A stretch of 64,000 nucleotides of DNA from Patescibacteria group bacterium. Its GTDB lineage: Bacteria > Patescibacteriota > Patescibacteriia > Patescibacteriales > UBA12465. The notes beneath the pieces were generated by a model, which was not told where the DNA came from, did not search any database, and saw only the letters and a program-made list of their open reading frames with translations. Position 1 is the first letter of the stretch; each line of letters begins with the position of its first letter. Location: NCBI GenBank assembly GCA_049318005.1, contig JBMOHE010000002.1:13824-77823 (forward strand), given 5' to 3'. Shown here piece by piece: positions 1-8,470 of this stretch. A program made the translations under genes and the position numbers.

Positions 1-90
1 GTCACGAATAATAGATAAGCCAATGATTCCGGAAATAAGAATCATGGCAAAAAAAGCTAAATAAACTTTTGGTGATTTCCAGTCAGTCAT
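1..90 (-). CDS. Partial CDS (N-terminus only, continues past the window start): small membrane protein
   Basis: ATG at 88-90 on minus strand; reads MTDWKSPKVYLAFFAMILISGIIGLSIIRD, one hydrophobic helix; open to the window edge. Confidence 0.35.
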   Translation of the reverse strand, partial: MTDWKSPKVYLAFFAMILISGIIGLSIIRD

Positions 91-214
91 ATAATTTTTT
101 TGTATTTATTAATTTTAATTATTAAATTTAATTATAGCACTTTTTAAAAAAACAACATCATATTTAGACCATATTTAGGCTACTTATCCACCGTTTAACA
201 AAATCGCAATTAGG

Positions 215-682
215 CTATGCCTCATCATCGGCTTTAACCTGTTTTTCGCTATTTAGCTCTTTAGAACTTATTTTAACTTGTGCATCAACTAAATCAGGAT
301 TTAAATCTATATGGGCATTTTTTATCTCCCAAGCAATAACGGATAAAGCCTCATAAAAAGTTTTTCCGCCGGCCATTTTCTCCTTTAAGCTATCAGGCGA
401 ATATACTAATTTAACATATTCGGCCGCTAGACTATCGGGTAAGGCGCCTTCTTGATAATTAAACATCTCAAATATTTTTTTTGCATCTTTCTCGCCTAAA
501 TTTTGCAAAATATCGCGCGCTTTGCCAAGCGCATAATCTTTATTATTTAAAACAATTTCTCTGAACTGAATATACAGCTTATCCATCTCTAGCTTAGCGG
601 CGCGATTGTCTTTTGAAAAAGCTCCACCTGATTCATATTTATTCATATATTTTTGGGCTCGATACTTTGATATATCAAGCAA
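215..682 (-). CDS. Hypothetical protein (helical, 155 aa)
   Basis: Long ORF immediately downstream of and co-oriented with the alkD-like gene; no motif recognised. Confidence 0.55.
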   Translation of the reverse strand: MLDISKYRAQKYMNKYESGGAFSKDNRAAKLEMDKLYIQFREIVLNNKDYALGKARDILQNLGEKDAKKIFEMFNYQEGALPDSLAAEYVKLVYSPDSLKEKMAGGKTFYEALSVIAWEIKNAHIDLNPDLVDAQVKISSKELNSEKQVKADDEA

Positions 683-685
683 TAT

Positions 686-1399
686 TTACTTCTTTAAATA
701 ATATTCCCTATTTTTTGGCTCTAAATGCTCAATTGCATAACGTAGTGCTGTTCTCGGCATCTCCTTTACGTTTTCATCAAGAAATTTTAATAACTTTTTT
801 CTATCAACTCGTTTTCCGACTTCTCTAAGCATCCAACCCACTGCTTTATGCATCAAATCATGCTCATCTTTTAATAACTTCTTAGCTAAATAAAGCGCTT
901 CTTCCGCTCGTCCTTTTTGAATAAAAGCATAAGTTGAAATCATGGCCATGCGCCGCTCCCAAAGATTCTTTGACTCGGCAAGTTTATCTAAAATATCATT
1001 CTTTCCTTCCTCAAGTAATAAATAGTTTCCTAAAATTTTTGCGACTGATAAATCAACCAAATCCCAATTATTAATATGGGTCGTGTGCTTCAAATAAAAT
1101 TTAACGATATTTCCCTTAACTTTTCTATCATCAGTTTTCTCATACTTTTCAACTAAAATGAGTAAGGCCGCTAATCGAAATTCATGATATTTATTTTTTA
1201 ATAATTTCGAAACATCGTCCAAATCTAAAGAAACATATTTCTTAGCAATTTTTCGAGTTACCGGAACCTTAAGGCCTAAAAATACATCGCCATATCCGTA
1301 TTGACCTTTAGCGGTCTTAAAAAAACGCTGTAAATTAGATGCCTGTGGCTTATTTTCAGAAGCCCTTAGCTCTTTTATAATTCCGTTTAAATTAATCAT
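686..1399 (-). CDS. DNA alkylation repair protein (AlkC/AlkD-like HEAT-repeat glycosylase family)
   Basis: N-terminal block NLQRFFKTAKGQYGYGDVFLGLKVPVTRKIAKKY and HEAT-like helical repeats typical of the family. Confidence 0.8.
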   Translation of the reverse strand: MINLNGIIKELRASENKPQASNLQRFFKTAKGQYGYGDVFLGLKVPVTRKIAKKYVSLDLDDVSKLLKNKYHEFRLAALLILVEKYEKTDDRKVKGNIVKFYLKHTTHINNWDLVDLSVAKILGNYLLLEEGKNDILDKLAESKNLWERRMAMISTYAFIQKGRAEEALYLAKKLLKDEHDLMHKAVGWMLREVGKRVDRKKLLKFLDENVKEMPRTALRYAIEHLEPKNREYYLKK

Positions 1400-1432
1400 A
1401 TTTTTAAAAAAATTAACCCCTAAGGATTAATA

Positions 1433-1894
1433 TTAATAATGGTAATTCTTTTTTTGTAAAATCGTAGCGGCACGATATAGCTGTTCTAACATGACGACTC
1501 GAGCAAGTTCATGAGGGAAAGTTAGGGGAGATAGAGATAGACCTGGGTAACTACTATATAATTTATCACTAAAGCCCAAGGAGCCACCAAGGACTAAGAT
1601 CAAAGGTGATTTTTTATTAAGCCAATTAGCTAGAGCAACTGAATCATAAATTTCGCCACGCTCAGCGAGCAAATAAACGGCCGCATTATCTTTTTGCTTA
1701 TTCAAAAAATTCTCAATTCGTTCTGCCTCAAATTCTTTAGCCTTTTCTTTAGTCTTTTCAGAAAATGAAACCGCTTCAAGCTCAATTACTTTTAGACGCG
1801 AATATGGCTTTAGTCTTTTTTGATACTCAGAAGATAGGCCTAAATAGGATTTATCTTTTATTTTTCCGATTGTAACTAAAGTTATATCGAGCAT
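1433..1894 (-). CDS. rlmH: 23S rRNA (pseudouridine1915-N3)-methyltransferase RlmH (SPOUT)
   Basis: 153 aa; C-terminal LVLGGSLGFS...LSLSPLTFPHELARVVMLEQLYRA matches the RlmH knot motif. Confidence 0.9.
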   Translation of the reverse strand: MLDITLVTIGKIKDKSYLGLSSEYQKRLKPYSRLKVIELEAVSFSEKTKEKAKEFEAERIENFLNKQKDNAAVYLLAERGEIYDSVALANWLNKKSPLILVLGGSLGFSDKLYSSYPGLSLSPLTFPHELARVVMLEQLYRAATILQKKNYHY

Positions 1895-1921
1895 AAATTT
1901 ACGAAACCGATTTAAATTTAT

Positions 1922-2824
1922 TTACCAGCCGCCACTACTTCCGCCACCACCAGAGCCTCCGCCACCAAATCCTCCAAATCCACCGCCGCCAGATCTACCG
2001 CCACCGCCGCCACCCAAAAACCAGAAGCCGCCGCCATTATTTTTTCCCTGCGGCTTAGGTTGAGGTAAAACACGAGAAACTAAATAATCGGCAATTAAAC
2101 CAAAGATAGCGACTGAAATAGGTAAAATAATAAAATAAACAAAAGTTCTAAAAAATACAGCTGCAATAGTTAGTCCTATAACCAAACCAATAACACCGCC
2201 CTCCCACCAAGACTTACTCTTAGCTAAATAACGCCATAAAGCACTTAATGCATAAAAAATTCCAATAAAAATCCAAAAAATAGAATCAATACTGAGATTT
2301 TTAAAACTTAACTTAGTAGAAACTGGATCGGCTGTATACTCACCTCGAGTCGCTGAAATTATTTTATCAACGCTCGCGTTTATTCCCTCGTAATAATTAC
2401 TATTTTGAAAAGCTGGTTTTAAAGTATTAGTTACAATCTCGTAAGCCGTTGCGTCTGGCAGCGCTCCTTCAAGACCATAACCAACTTCTATTCTCATTTT
2501 TCTATCGCTTAGCGAAATAAGAAGTAAAACGCCATTATCTTTTTTATCTTTCCCAATCTTCCAATCAGCAAACAATTTAACGGCATAATTTTCAATCGTA
2601 TCGCCCTCAAGAGTATTTATAGTTACTACCGAAATTTCATTACTCGTATCTTTACTAAACTGGATTAGTTTATTATTTAATTCAGATACCTGAGCCGAGC
2701 TCAGCATTCCAGCATAATCATTAACAAAACCGGCCGGTTTCCCTGGGTTAGAATAAGCCCGAGCGGAAAATCCGACCGATAAGAATACGCAAAAACAAAA
2801 TATGTATAAGAAAAACTTTTTCAT
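1922..2824 (-). CDS. TPM-domain (YgcG-like) membrane protein with Gly-rich C-terminal tail
   Basis: Signal peptide, TPM-like block FVNDYAGMLS...ISVVTINTLEGD...RIEVGYGLEGALPDA, TM helices, poly-Gly tail; paired with LemA as commonly seen. Confidence 0.85.
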   Translation of the reverse strand: MKKFFLYIFCFCVFLSVGFSARAYSNPGKPAGFVNDYAGMLSSAQVSELNNKLIQFSKDTSNEISVVTINTLEGDTIENYAVKLFADWKIGKDKKDNGVLLLISLSDRKMRIEVGYGLEGALPDATAYEIVTNTLKPAFQNSNYYEGINASVDKIISATRGEYTADPVSTKLSFKNLSIDSIFWIFIGIFYALSALWRYLAKSKSWWEGGVIGLVIGLTIAAVFFRTFVYFIILPISVAIFGLIADYLVSRVLPQPKPQGKNNGGGFWFLGGGGGGRSGGGGFGGFGGGGSGGGGSSGGW

Positions 2825-2833
2825 CAGTGAAAC

Positions 2834-3409
2834 CTACTTAGTAACTTGAAGATCAACTTTTGGTGCTTCAGCGGCTACTGGAGCAACTTGGAAATATGCT
2901 TTCTGAGAATAATTAAATATTGAAGCCATTAAACTCATAGGAAAACGCTTAACTAAGATATTATAGTTTCTAGCCTCTTCATTGAAGCGACTACGTTCAA
3001 CGCTTATTCTGTTTTCTGTTCCCTCTAGCTGAGCCATTAAAGTATTTACCGTATCAATAGATTTTAATTGAGGATAGTTTTCCATGATAACGAGTAATCG
3101 ACTTAAAGCGCCTTCAACCTGAGAAGCAGCTTCAGCTTTAGCATTGGTAGTATTAGCCCCACTATAATTTTGACGAGCAGCGGCTAAATCACCAAAAACT
3201 TTTTGTTCTTGACCCATAGCGCCTTTAACAGCTCCCACTAAGTTAGGGATTAAATCAAAACGTCTTTGGTACTGAACCTCAACTTGTGCCCATTGTTGAT
3301 CAACCTGCTCATTAACAGTAACGAGAGTATTGTAAGAACTCCAGAACCAGCCAATTAATAGAACAACAATGCCTAAAATAGCCAGTAAAATAATTGAATT
3401 TTTTTTCAT
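2834..3409 (-). CDS. LemA family protein
   Basis: N-terminal TM helix then YNTLV...QWAQVEVQYQRRFDLIPNLV and ENRISVERSRFNEEARNYN, classic LemA blocks. Confidence 0.9.
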   Translation of the reverse strand: MKKNSIILLAILGIVVLLIGWFWSSYNTLVTVNEQVDQQWAQVEVQYQRRFDLIPNLVGAVKGAMGQEQKVFGDLAAARQNYSGANTTNAKAEAASQVEGALSRLLVIMENYPQLKSIDTVNTLMAQLEGTENRISVERSRFNEEARNYNILVKRFPMSLMASIFNYSQKAYFQVAPVAAEAPKVDLQVTK

Positions 3410-3580
3410 AATTTCGTAGTCCGCGATACGCGGATATTATTATTTATTTAATATTTAAGATGCCTATATTTTAGCACATTTTTATGAAAAAATCAACAAA
3501 AGCTCAAAAATATTGGGATTTTTACGTGCGGCTGTAACGGTTCCCTCCTTTCAACGTATTATTATATGAGTATAAATAAT

Positions 3581-3706
3581 ATGAAAAGAATAAATTGGAA
3601 AAAATCTCAAGCTCAAGAATGTGCAGCTCACGGCTACATGTTTTTTACTATTAATTTAGTCGATCCAAGAGCCGGGATTTTTAATGATTTTTATTTTAAG
3701 ATATAA
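3581..3706 (+). CDS. Candidate leader peptide (41 aa; alternative in-frame ATG at 3566) upstream of the MFS gene
   Basis: ATG 3581 to TAA 3704-3706, read by hand; 3' part encodes segment 1 (GCCGGGATTTTT, 3671-3682) of an alternative-hairpin set; no clear SD. Confidence 0.3.
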   Translation: MKRINWKKSQAQECAAHGYMFFTINLVDPRAGIFNDFYFKI

Positions 3707-3732
3707 ACTATAACTATTAAATATAAACAATC

Positions 3733-3769
3733 AAAAAAATCCCGACTATAAATTAGCCGGGATTTTTTT
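3733..3769 (+). terminator. Intrinsic terminator / attenuator hairpin in the MFS leader
   Basis: AAAAAAATCCCG...CGGGATTTTTTT; stem ATCCCG/CGGGAT with a 7-T run, 27 nt upstream of ATG 3796, followed by SD AAAGGAG (3782-3788). Confidence 0.6.
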
Positions 3770-3795
3770 AAATTAAACTAGAAAGGAGTAAAAAC

Positions 3796-5007
3796 ATGAA
3801 AAATTTAAAAAAAACCGCCGTAAAATCGCTAGTAAACCGTTTCTTAATCTTGTCCTTTTTAATCGCCCTAGTTGGCTCAGTTTCCGCCGCAACCTATGTT
3901 CTATTCTTAAAAAGTAAGGGGCTAGATCTTCTACAAGTAAATATAATTAATGCCTTTTTCATGGCAACGATTATCTTAATGGAGATGCCAACCGGATCAT
4001 TCGCTGATAAATTCGGTCGTCATCGCTCAATCACAGTTAGCTTTTTCTTATTTACGATTGCTCTCGTTACTTATTATTTCGCTGATAGTTTCTGGCTCTT
4101 TATTCTATCTGAAGTAATTGCGGGTCTGGCTCTAACTTTTTCTTCTGGCGCGCTAGAAGCTTGGCTAGTTGATTCACTTAAATTTCACGGTCTTGTTCAT
4201 TTAAAATTTAAATTATTTAGAAAGGAAGCTTACTTTGTTTCGGCCGGATTAGTTATTGGTAGCTTATCAGGATCATATCTTGGTGACTATGACTTATCTT
4301 GGCCTTGGATTTTAGGCGCTATTAGTTCACTATTAGCAGGAATATATTCTTTATCAATTAAAGAAGACTATCACGAAGCAGGAACTAAACGAGTCAAAAC
4401 GGGGCTAATAAAGCAAATAAAAATTGCTAGTCAACATGGTTTCAATAATCGTCATATTGTTATATTTATGTTTCTGGGGGCGATATTTAATCTATCTATT
4501 CAGGCACTTAATATGCAATGGACACTAGTATTTCAAAATGTATACCAAGTTGAAACAAAGTATTTAGGTTGGATATTTGTGGCCACGGCAATAATTATTT
4601 CTCTAGGCAGCACTTTATCTAAATATAGTCTTAAATATATTAAAGATGAGAAGAAATCATTAGCCATCACTCAAATATTAACGGCTATATTTATTATCAT
4701 TCTAGCTTTATCTAGCAATTTAATTATGGCCCTAAGCTTCTTCTTTCTTCATGAACTAACACGTAGTTTCTTCGGTCCTATAAAGAAAAATTTTCTTAAT
4801 GATCACATTCAATCAGAAACCAGGGCGACGGTTCTTTCCCTTGATTCGATGATGGCAAAAGTTGGAAGTTTAATTGGGCTTATTTCAAGTGGCTGGATCG
4901 CTAATAACTATTCAATTAAAACTGCTTGGCTAGCTTCCGGAATATTTCTCTTGGTTGTGCTCCTAGTATTCTTAATAGCAAAACCAAAAAACAAAAACGG
5001 ACTTTAA
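3796..5007 (+). CDS. MFS transporter
   Basis: 403 aa, about 12 predicted TM helices, motif-A-like MPTGSFADKFGRHRS; strong SD upstream. Confidence 0.85.
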   Translation: MKNLKKTAVKSLVNRFLILSFLIALVGSVSAATYVLFLKSKGLDLLQVNIINAFFMATIILMEMPTGSFADKFGRHRSITVSFFLFTIALVTYYFADSFWLFILSEVIAGLALTFSSGALEAWLVDSLKFHGLVHLKFKLFRKEAYFVSAGLVIGSLSGSYLGDYDLSWPWILGAISSLLAGIYSLSIKEDYHEAGTKRVKTGLIKQIKIASQHGFNNRHIVIFMFLGAIFNLSIQALNMQWTLVFQNVYQVETKYLGWIFVATAIIISLGSTLSKYSLKYIKDEKKSLAITQILTAIFIIILALSSNLIMALSFFFLHELTRSFFGPIKKNFLNDHIQSETRATVLSLDSMMAKVGSLIGLISSGWIANNYSIKTAWLASGIFLLVVLLVFLIAKPKNKNGL

Positions 5008-5018
5008 AGTCCGTTTTT
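4995..5018. terminator. Bidirectional intrinsic terminator between convergent MFS and deacetylase genes
   Basis: AAAACGGACTTTAAAGTCCGTTTT: perfect palindrome flanked by A and T runs, overlapping the MFS stop codon. Confidence 0.7.
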
Positions 5019-5033
5019 AATTTATCTAAATTT

Positions 5034-5990
5034 TTAATACAGAGACATCTCCCAGTCCTTAAGCCAAGAAATGAAAATTGCGCCCGACCTATTATCAGGC
5101 CTAATCCTTCTCAAAATCCATTTATTTTCTTCCCCCTGTCTTGAACCAGGGATAACTGAGACGGCCGTTAAGTATGGAGTTGAGGAAGCAAGCGCAAAAA
5201 ACTCTGGTTTATATAGGCCAAAAGGATAGGCGAAACTCAAAACTTTTTGGCCAGAAATTTGCTCTAATTTTTGACGACTAGCTTCTATTTCAAATCTTGC
5301 ATCTTTAAACTTTAAATTTCTTAAATCGGGATGATTAAAAGTATGCGAACCAATTTCCACTAAACCGCTTGAGGCCAATTCTTTTACCTGGGTTTTAGTT
5401 AAGTATCCCGGAGTGTCTAGAGCATTAATAATTACATAAAGAGTCGCCTTATAATTATACTTTACAAGCAAAGGGTAAACTTTAGTATAAAAATCTTCAT
5501 AGCCGTCATCGAATGTCAAAACTATATTATTATTACTCAACTTGTTTTTACTATTTATACTACTAGCCACATCAGAGATAAATAGCGAACTGTAGTTATT
5601 ATTTTTAAGTTCTTGAAGCTGGCCTTCAAATATTTTTGGATCTAAATATAACCCTTTTAGAGTGGACGAGGCCGGCGCAATTCCAATATAGTGATACATC
5701 AAAATTGGCACTGTTTCCGAGAAACCATTTAGTCTTGTGCTTTGTTGCGCTAAAGTATCGGTTTTTAATTTTGTCAGATTATTTATTAGCGGTAAATTTT
5801 CTTTAGTATTGGTCTTAGTCAAACTTTCATAAACTTCTATATTAGAGTTTGTAATCGTTTCACTGGGCTTTAAAATTTTTCTACTAAAAATATAAAATAT
5901 AATCAATAAAAGAATAACTAAAAATAGACTATAAATTATAACTATAGCCTTTTCTTTTTTTGATTTTTTAGACTCAAATAATTTAAACAT
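5034..5990 (-). CDS. Polysaccharide deacetylase (NodB homology domain), membrane-anchored
   Basis: N-terminal TM helix; LTFDDGYEDFY (TFDDG motif) and GSHTFNHPDL (HxxH motif). Confidence 0.85.
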   Translation of the reverse strand: MFKLFESKKSKKEKAIVIIYSLFLVILLLIIFYIFSRKILKPSETITNSNIEVYESLTKTNTKENLPLINNLTKLKTDTLAQQSTRLNGFSETVPILMYHYIGIAPASSTLKGLYLDPKIFEGQLQELKNNNYSSLFISDVASSINSKNKLSNNNIVLTFDDGYEDFYTKVYPLLVKYNYKATLYVIINALDTPGYLTKTQVKELASSGLVEIGSHTFNHPDLRNLKFKDARFEIEASRQKLEQISGQKVLSFAYPFGLYKPEFFALASSTPYLTAVSVIPGSRQGEENKWILRRIRPDNRSGAIFISWLKDWEMSLY

Positions 5991-6030
5991 AGACTCGTGT
6001 TTACTACATCTTAATAGATATATCTCAAAA

Positions 6031-6050
6031 ATAAAAGACCGGTCTTTTAA
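6031..6050 (-). terminator. Intrinsic terminator after the Cys-rich protein gene
   Basis: Minus strand reads AAAAGACCGGTCTTTTATTTTT, a palindromic stem plus T run. Confidence 0.55.
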
Positions 6051-6075
6051 ACCGGCCTTTTAGCTTTTCAAAATA

Positions 6076-6585
6076 TTATTTAAATGGGGTAGTAGTAGAA
6101 ATTACCTTTACTCCAGTTACACCAGTAGCTCCCGTTATAGTTATAACTTTGCCCGGTACTTGAGATTGTTCCATCATTGGACAAATTCCTTGTGTAGGAC
6201 CATTTTCTCGAGAATACTGGCATCCTCCTTGAGCACCGTTTTCTTGATTAAATTCTTTATTCATTTTTTGACATCCACCATGAGCACTATTTCCTTGAAA
6301 ATCGCCACGACTACCGTAGCCCATCATTGAACCGCGACCTTCATAGTTTCCAAAACGCTCAGAATGTCTTTCGCCAAATCTTGCTCCAATACATAAAAGA
6401 GTTAAAACGATAATCACCGCTAAAACTATCTTCATAATTTTATGGCCCATAGGACAACATTTATTCATCAAGGATAGAGATTTTTTATCTCCACAGCAAG
6501 ACTTTTGTTCACAACAGTCTTTCTCCTCACAACACCCCTTATCTTTACAACACTCTTTTTCCTCTAAATTTTTAATCTCTTCCAT
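6076..6585 (-). CDS. Cys-doublet-rich single-pass membrane protein (hypothetical)
   Basis: N-terminus ECCKDKGCCEEKDCCEQKSCCGDKK...KCCPMGH (five CC pairs), one TM helix, Gly/Gln-rich C-terminal part with further Cys. Confidence 0.6.
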   Translation of the reverse strand: MEEIKNLEEKECCKDKGCCEEKDCCEQKSCCGDKKSLSLMNKCCPMGHKIMKIVLAVIIVLTLLCIGARFGERHSERFGNYEGRGSMMGYGSRGDFQGNSAHGGCQKMNKEFNQENGAQGGCQYSRENGPTQGICPMMEQSQVPGKVITITGATGVTGVKVISTTTPFK

Positions 6586-6627
6586 AAATTTTTTTTAAAA
6601 AATAAGCTTTTTTAAAGCTGTTTTTAA

Positions 6628-7230
6628 TTATTTTTTTAAATCCTTAATATTAATACGCAAAGCAAGGCTTTTTTCTTTTAAATAGAAAACTTTAACTAAA
6701 TATGCACTCCCTATTCCTAAAATCGCCCCCGCTAAAATATCACTCGGATAATGAACCCCTGAGTATATTCTCGCCAAACCCATAAGGCCTGAAGCAATAA
6801 AAAAGGCTAAACCCAACTTTTTGTTTGAAAAATAGACAACCATTGATAGAGCAAAATAGATGAGTGCATGGCCCGAGGGGAAAGACTGTAAATTTTCACT
6901 CAGCGGAACAGTTACTAGTTGATGAATATTATTTAAGGCAATAAAAGGACGTGGACGACTAATAAATATAACTATAATTGGTTTTATAAAAACTATAGCA
7001 AATACACTTGATATAGAAGCAAACAGAACTAATTTCAAGGCACTTGTCTTTACTAGAGACTTATCTCTTAGGGCCAAAATAATATAAATTAAAAAGACAA
7101 CTATTAGAACATAACCTAAATAGTCGGCCAAAAATATGCCAAAATAATCAAGCCAAATATTTTTACCGGCTAAATTATTAAGGGCAAAAAAAATAATTAA
7201 ATCGAAATTCATTATATAATTGTAATACAA
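6628..7230 (-). CDS. PAP2-family lipid phosphatase (undecaprenyl-diphosphatase-like)
   Basis: PAP2 motifs SRPRP, PSGH and ARIYSGVHYPSD; polytopic membrane protein. Confidence 0.85.
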   Translation of the reverse strand: MYYNYIMNFDLIIFFALNNLAGKNIWLDYFGIFLADYLGYVLIVVFLIYIILALRDKSLVKTSALKLVLFASISSVFAIVFIKPIIVIFISRPRPFIALNNIHQLVTVPLSENLQSFPSGHALIYFALSMVVYFSNKKLGLAFFIASGLMGLARIYSGVHYPSDILAGAILGIGSAYLVKVFYLKEKSLALRINIKDLKK

Positions 7231-7330
7231 TCTGATAAATTATTACAATGGACATAAATTTCTAATGGTTATATAGTATTTAAGGTGGGTTTAATTAAAA
7301 TTTTATTAAAAATTATTAAAATATAATTTT

Positions 7331-8374
7331 ATGGCCAGAATTATTGCTAAAGGATATTCGTTTAACGACGTCCTTATTTCTCCTAAATATAATAAAATTG
7401 TCTCTCGACGGGACGTAAAATTTGAGACTCATATTACTAAAAATTATAAATTAGATATTCCTTTGGTCGCGGCCAATATGGACACTATTTGCGAAAGCGA
7501 AATGGCTATCGCCCTGGGTCGATTAGGCGGTCTCGGCGTTATTCATCGTTTTTTAAGCATTGAAGAACAAGCTGAACAAGTAAAAAAAATTAGATCCCAG
7601 AATTTAATTGCGGCAGCTGCAATTGGCGTTAAGGATTTCGAAGAAAGAGCGGCCGCCCTTGAAAAAGCCGGTGTAAATATTATTGTTTTAGATGTTGCCC
7701 ATGGCCATTCAAAACGGGCCGGAAAAACTCTTGATTATTTAAAAACCAATCATCCTAAAATTGATATTCTAGTCGGCAATATTGCGACTAAAGACGCCGC
7801 CGAGTATTTTATCAGTAAAAAAGCTGATGGAATTAAGGTCGGTATAGGCCCAGGATCAGCTTGCACGACACGAATCATGACTGGAGCTGGTGTGCCCCAA
7901 ATTACGGCCATTATGGACGTCTACGAGGCCTCTCAGGGGAGAGTTCCTGTTTGTGCTGATGGCGGAATAAAATGCCCAGGTGATATCGTAAAAGCAATTG
8001 GTGCTGGAGCTGATACTGTTATGAGCGGCTCGATATTTGCTGGCTGCGATGAGACTCCGGGAGAAATAATTGAAAAAGATGGCGAGAAGGTAAAAGAGTA
8101 TCGCGGTATGGCTAGTTTTCTAGCAACTGTTAAAAAATTAAAGCTTGATGGCCAAAAAATAGAGGAGGACGTTCATGTTGAAGGTGAAGCATCGGTTGTT
8201 CCCTGTCGTGGTCCAATTTCTAAAGTCGTACACCGCTATTTAGGTGGTTTAGCCTCTGGTATGACTTATGTAGGGGCGGATGAAATCGAAAAGTTAAAAG
8301 GCAAGGCTGACTTTATAGAAATATCAGCAGCGGGATATGCTGAAAGTGTGGCTAATATAAAAGCTCAAGATTAA
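7331..8374 (+). CDS. IMP dehydrogenase/GMP reductase family protein (short form without CBS pair)
   Basis: 347 aa TIM-barrel; catalytic loop GIGPGSACTTR; ADGGI...GS phosphate-binding blocks. Confidence 0.8.
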   Translation: MARIIAKGYSFNDVLISPKYNKIVSRRDVKFETHITKNYKLDIPLVAANMDTICESEMAIALGRLGGLGVIHRFLSIEEQAEQVKKIRSQNLIAAAAIGVKDFEERAAALEKAGVNIIVLDVAHGHSKRAGKTLDYLKTNHPKIDILVGNIATKDAAEYFISKKADGIKVGIGPGSACTTRIMTGAGVPQITAIMDVYEASQGRVPVCADGGIKCPGDIVKAIGAGADTVMSGSIFAGCDETPGEIIEKDGEKVKEYRGMASFLATVKKLKLDGQKIEEDVHVEGEASVVPCRGPISKVVHRYLGGLASGMTYVGADEIEKLKGKADFIEISAAGYAESVANIKAQD

Positions 8375-8394
8375 AAAAAATTATTTAGACAAAT

Positions 8395-8427
8395 AAAAAA
8401 AGCCAGTACTGATGTACGGGCTTTTTG
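8395..8427. terminator. Bidirectional intrinsic terminator between guaB-like (+) and phoH-like (-)
   Basis: AAAAAAAGCCAGTAC-TGAT-GTACGGGCTTTTT, 8 of 9 bp stem with A and T runs on both sides. Confidence 0.65.
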
Positions 8428-8470
8428 AGTTTTAAGCTTATTGCTTAAGCTTTTTACATTTACATTTCAA

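Noticed and set aside
1922-2040. GC-rich repetitive DNA (GCCACC/GCCGCC runs) at the 3' end of the TPM gene, checked as a possible tandem repeat or CRISPR-like array
   Set aside because: It encodes the poly-Gly tail typical of YgcG/TPM proteins and has no spacer-repeat periodicity. No CRISPR array was seen anywhere in the window.
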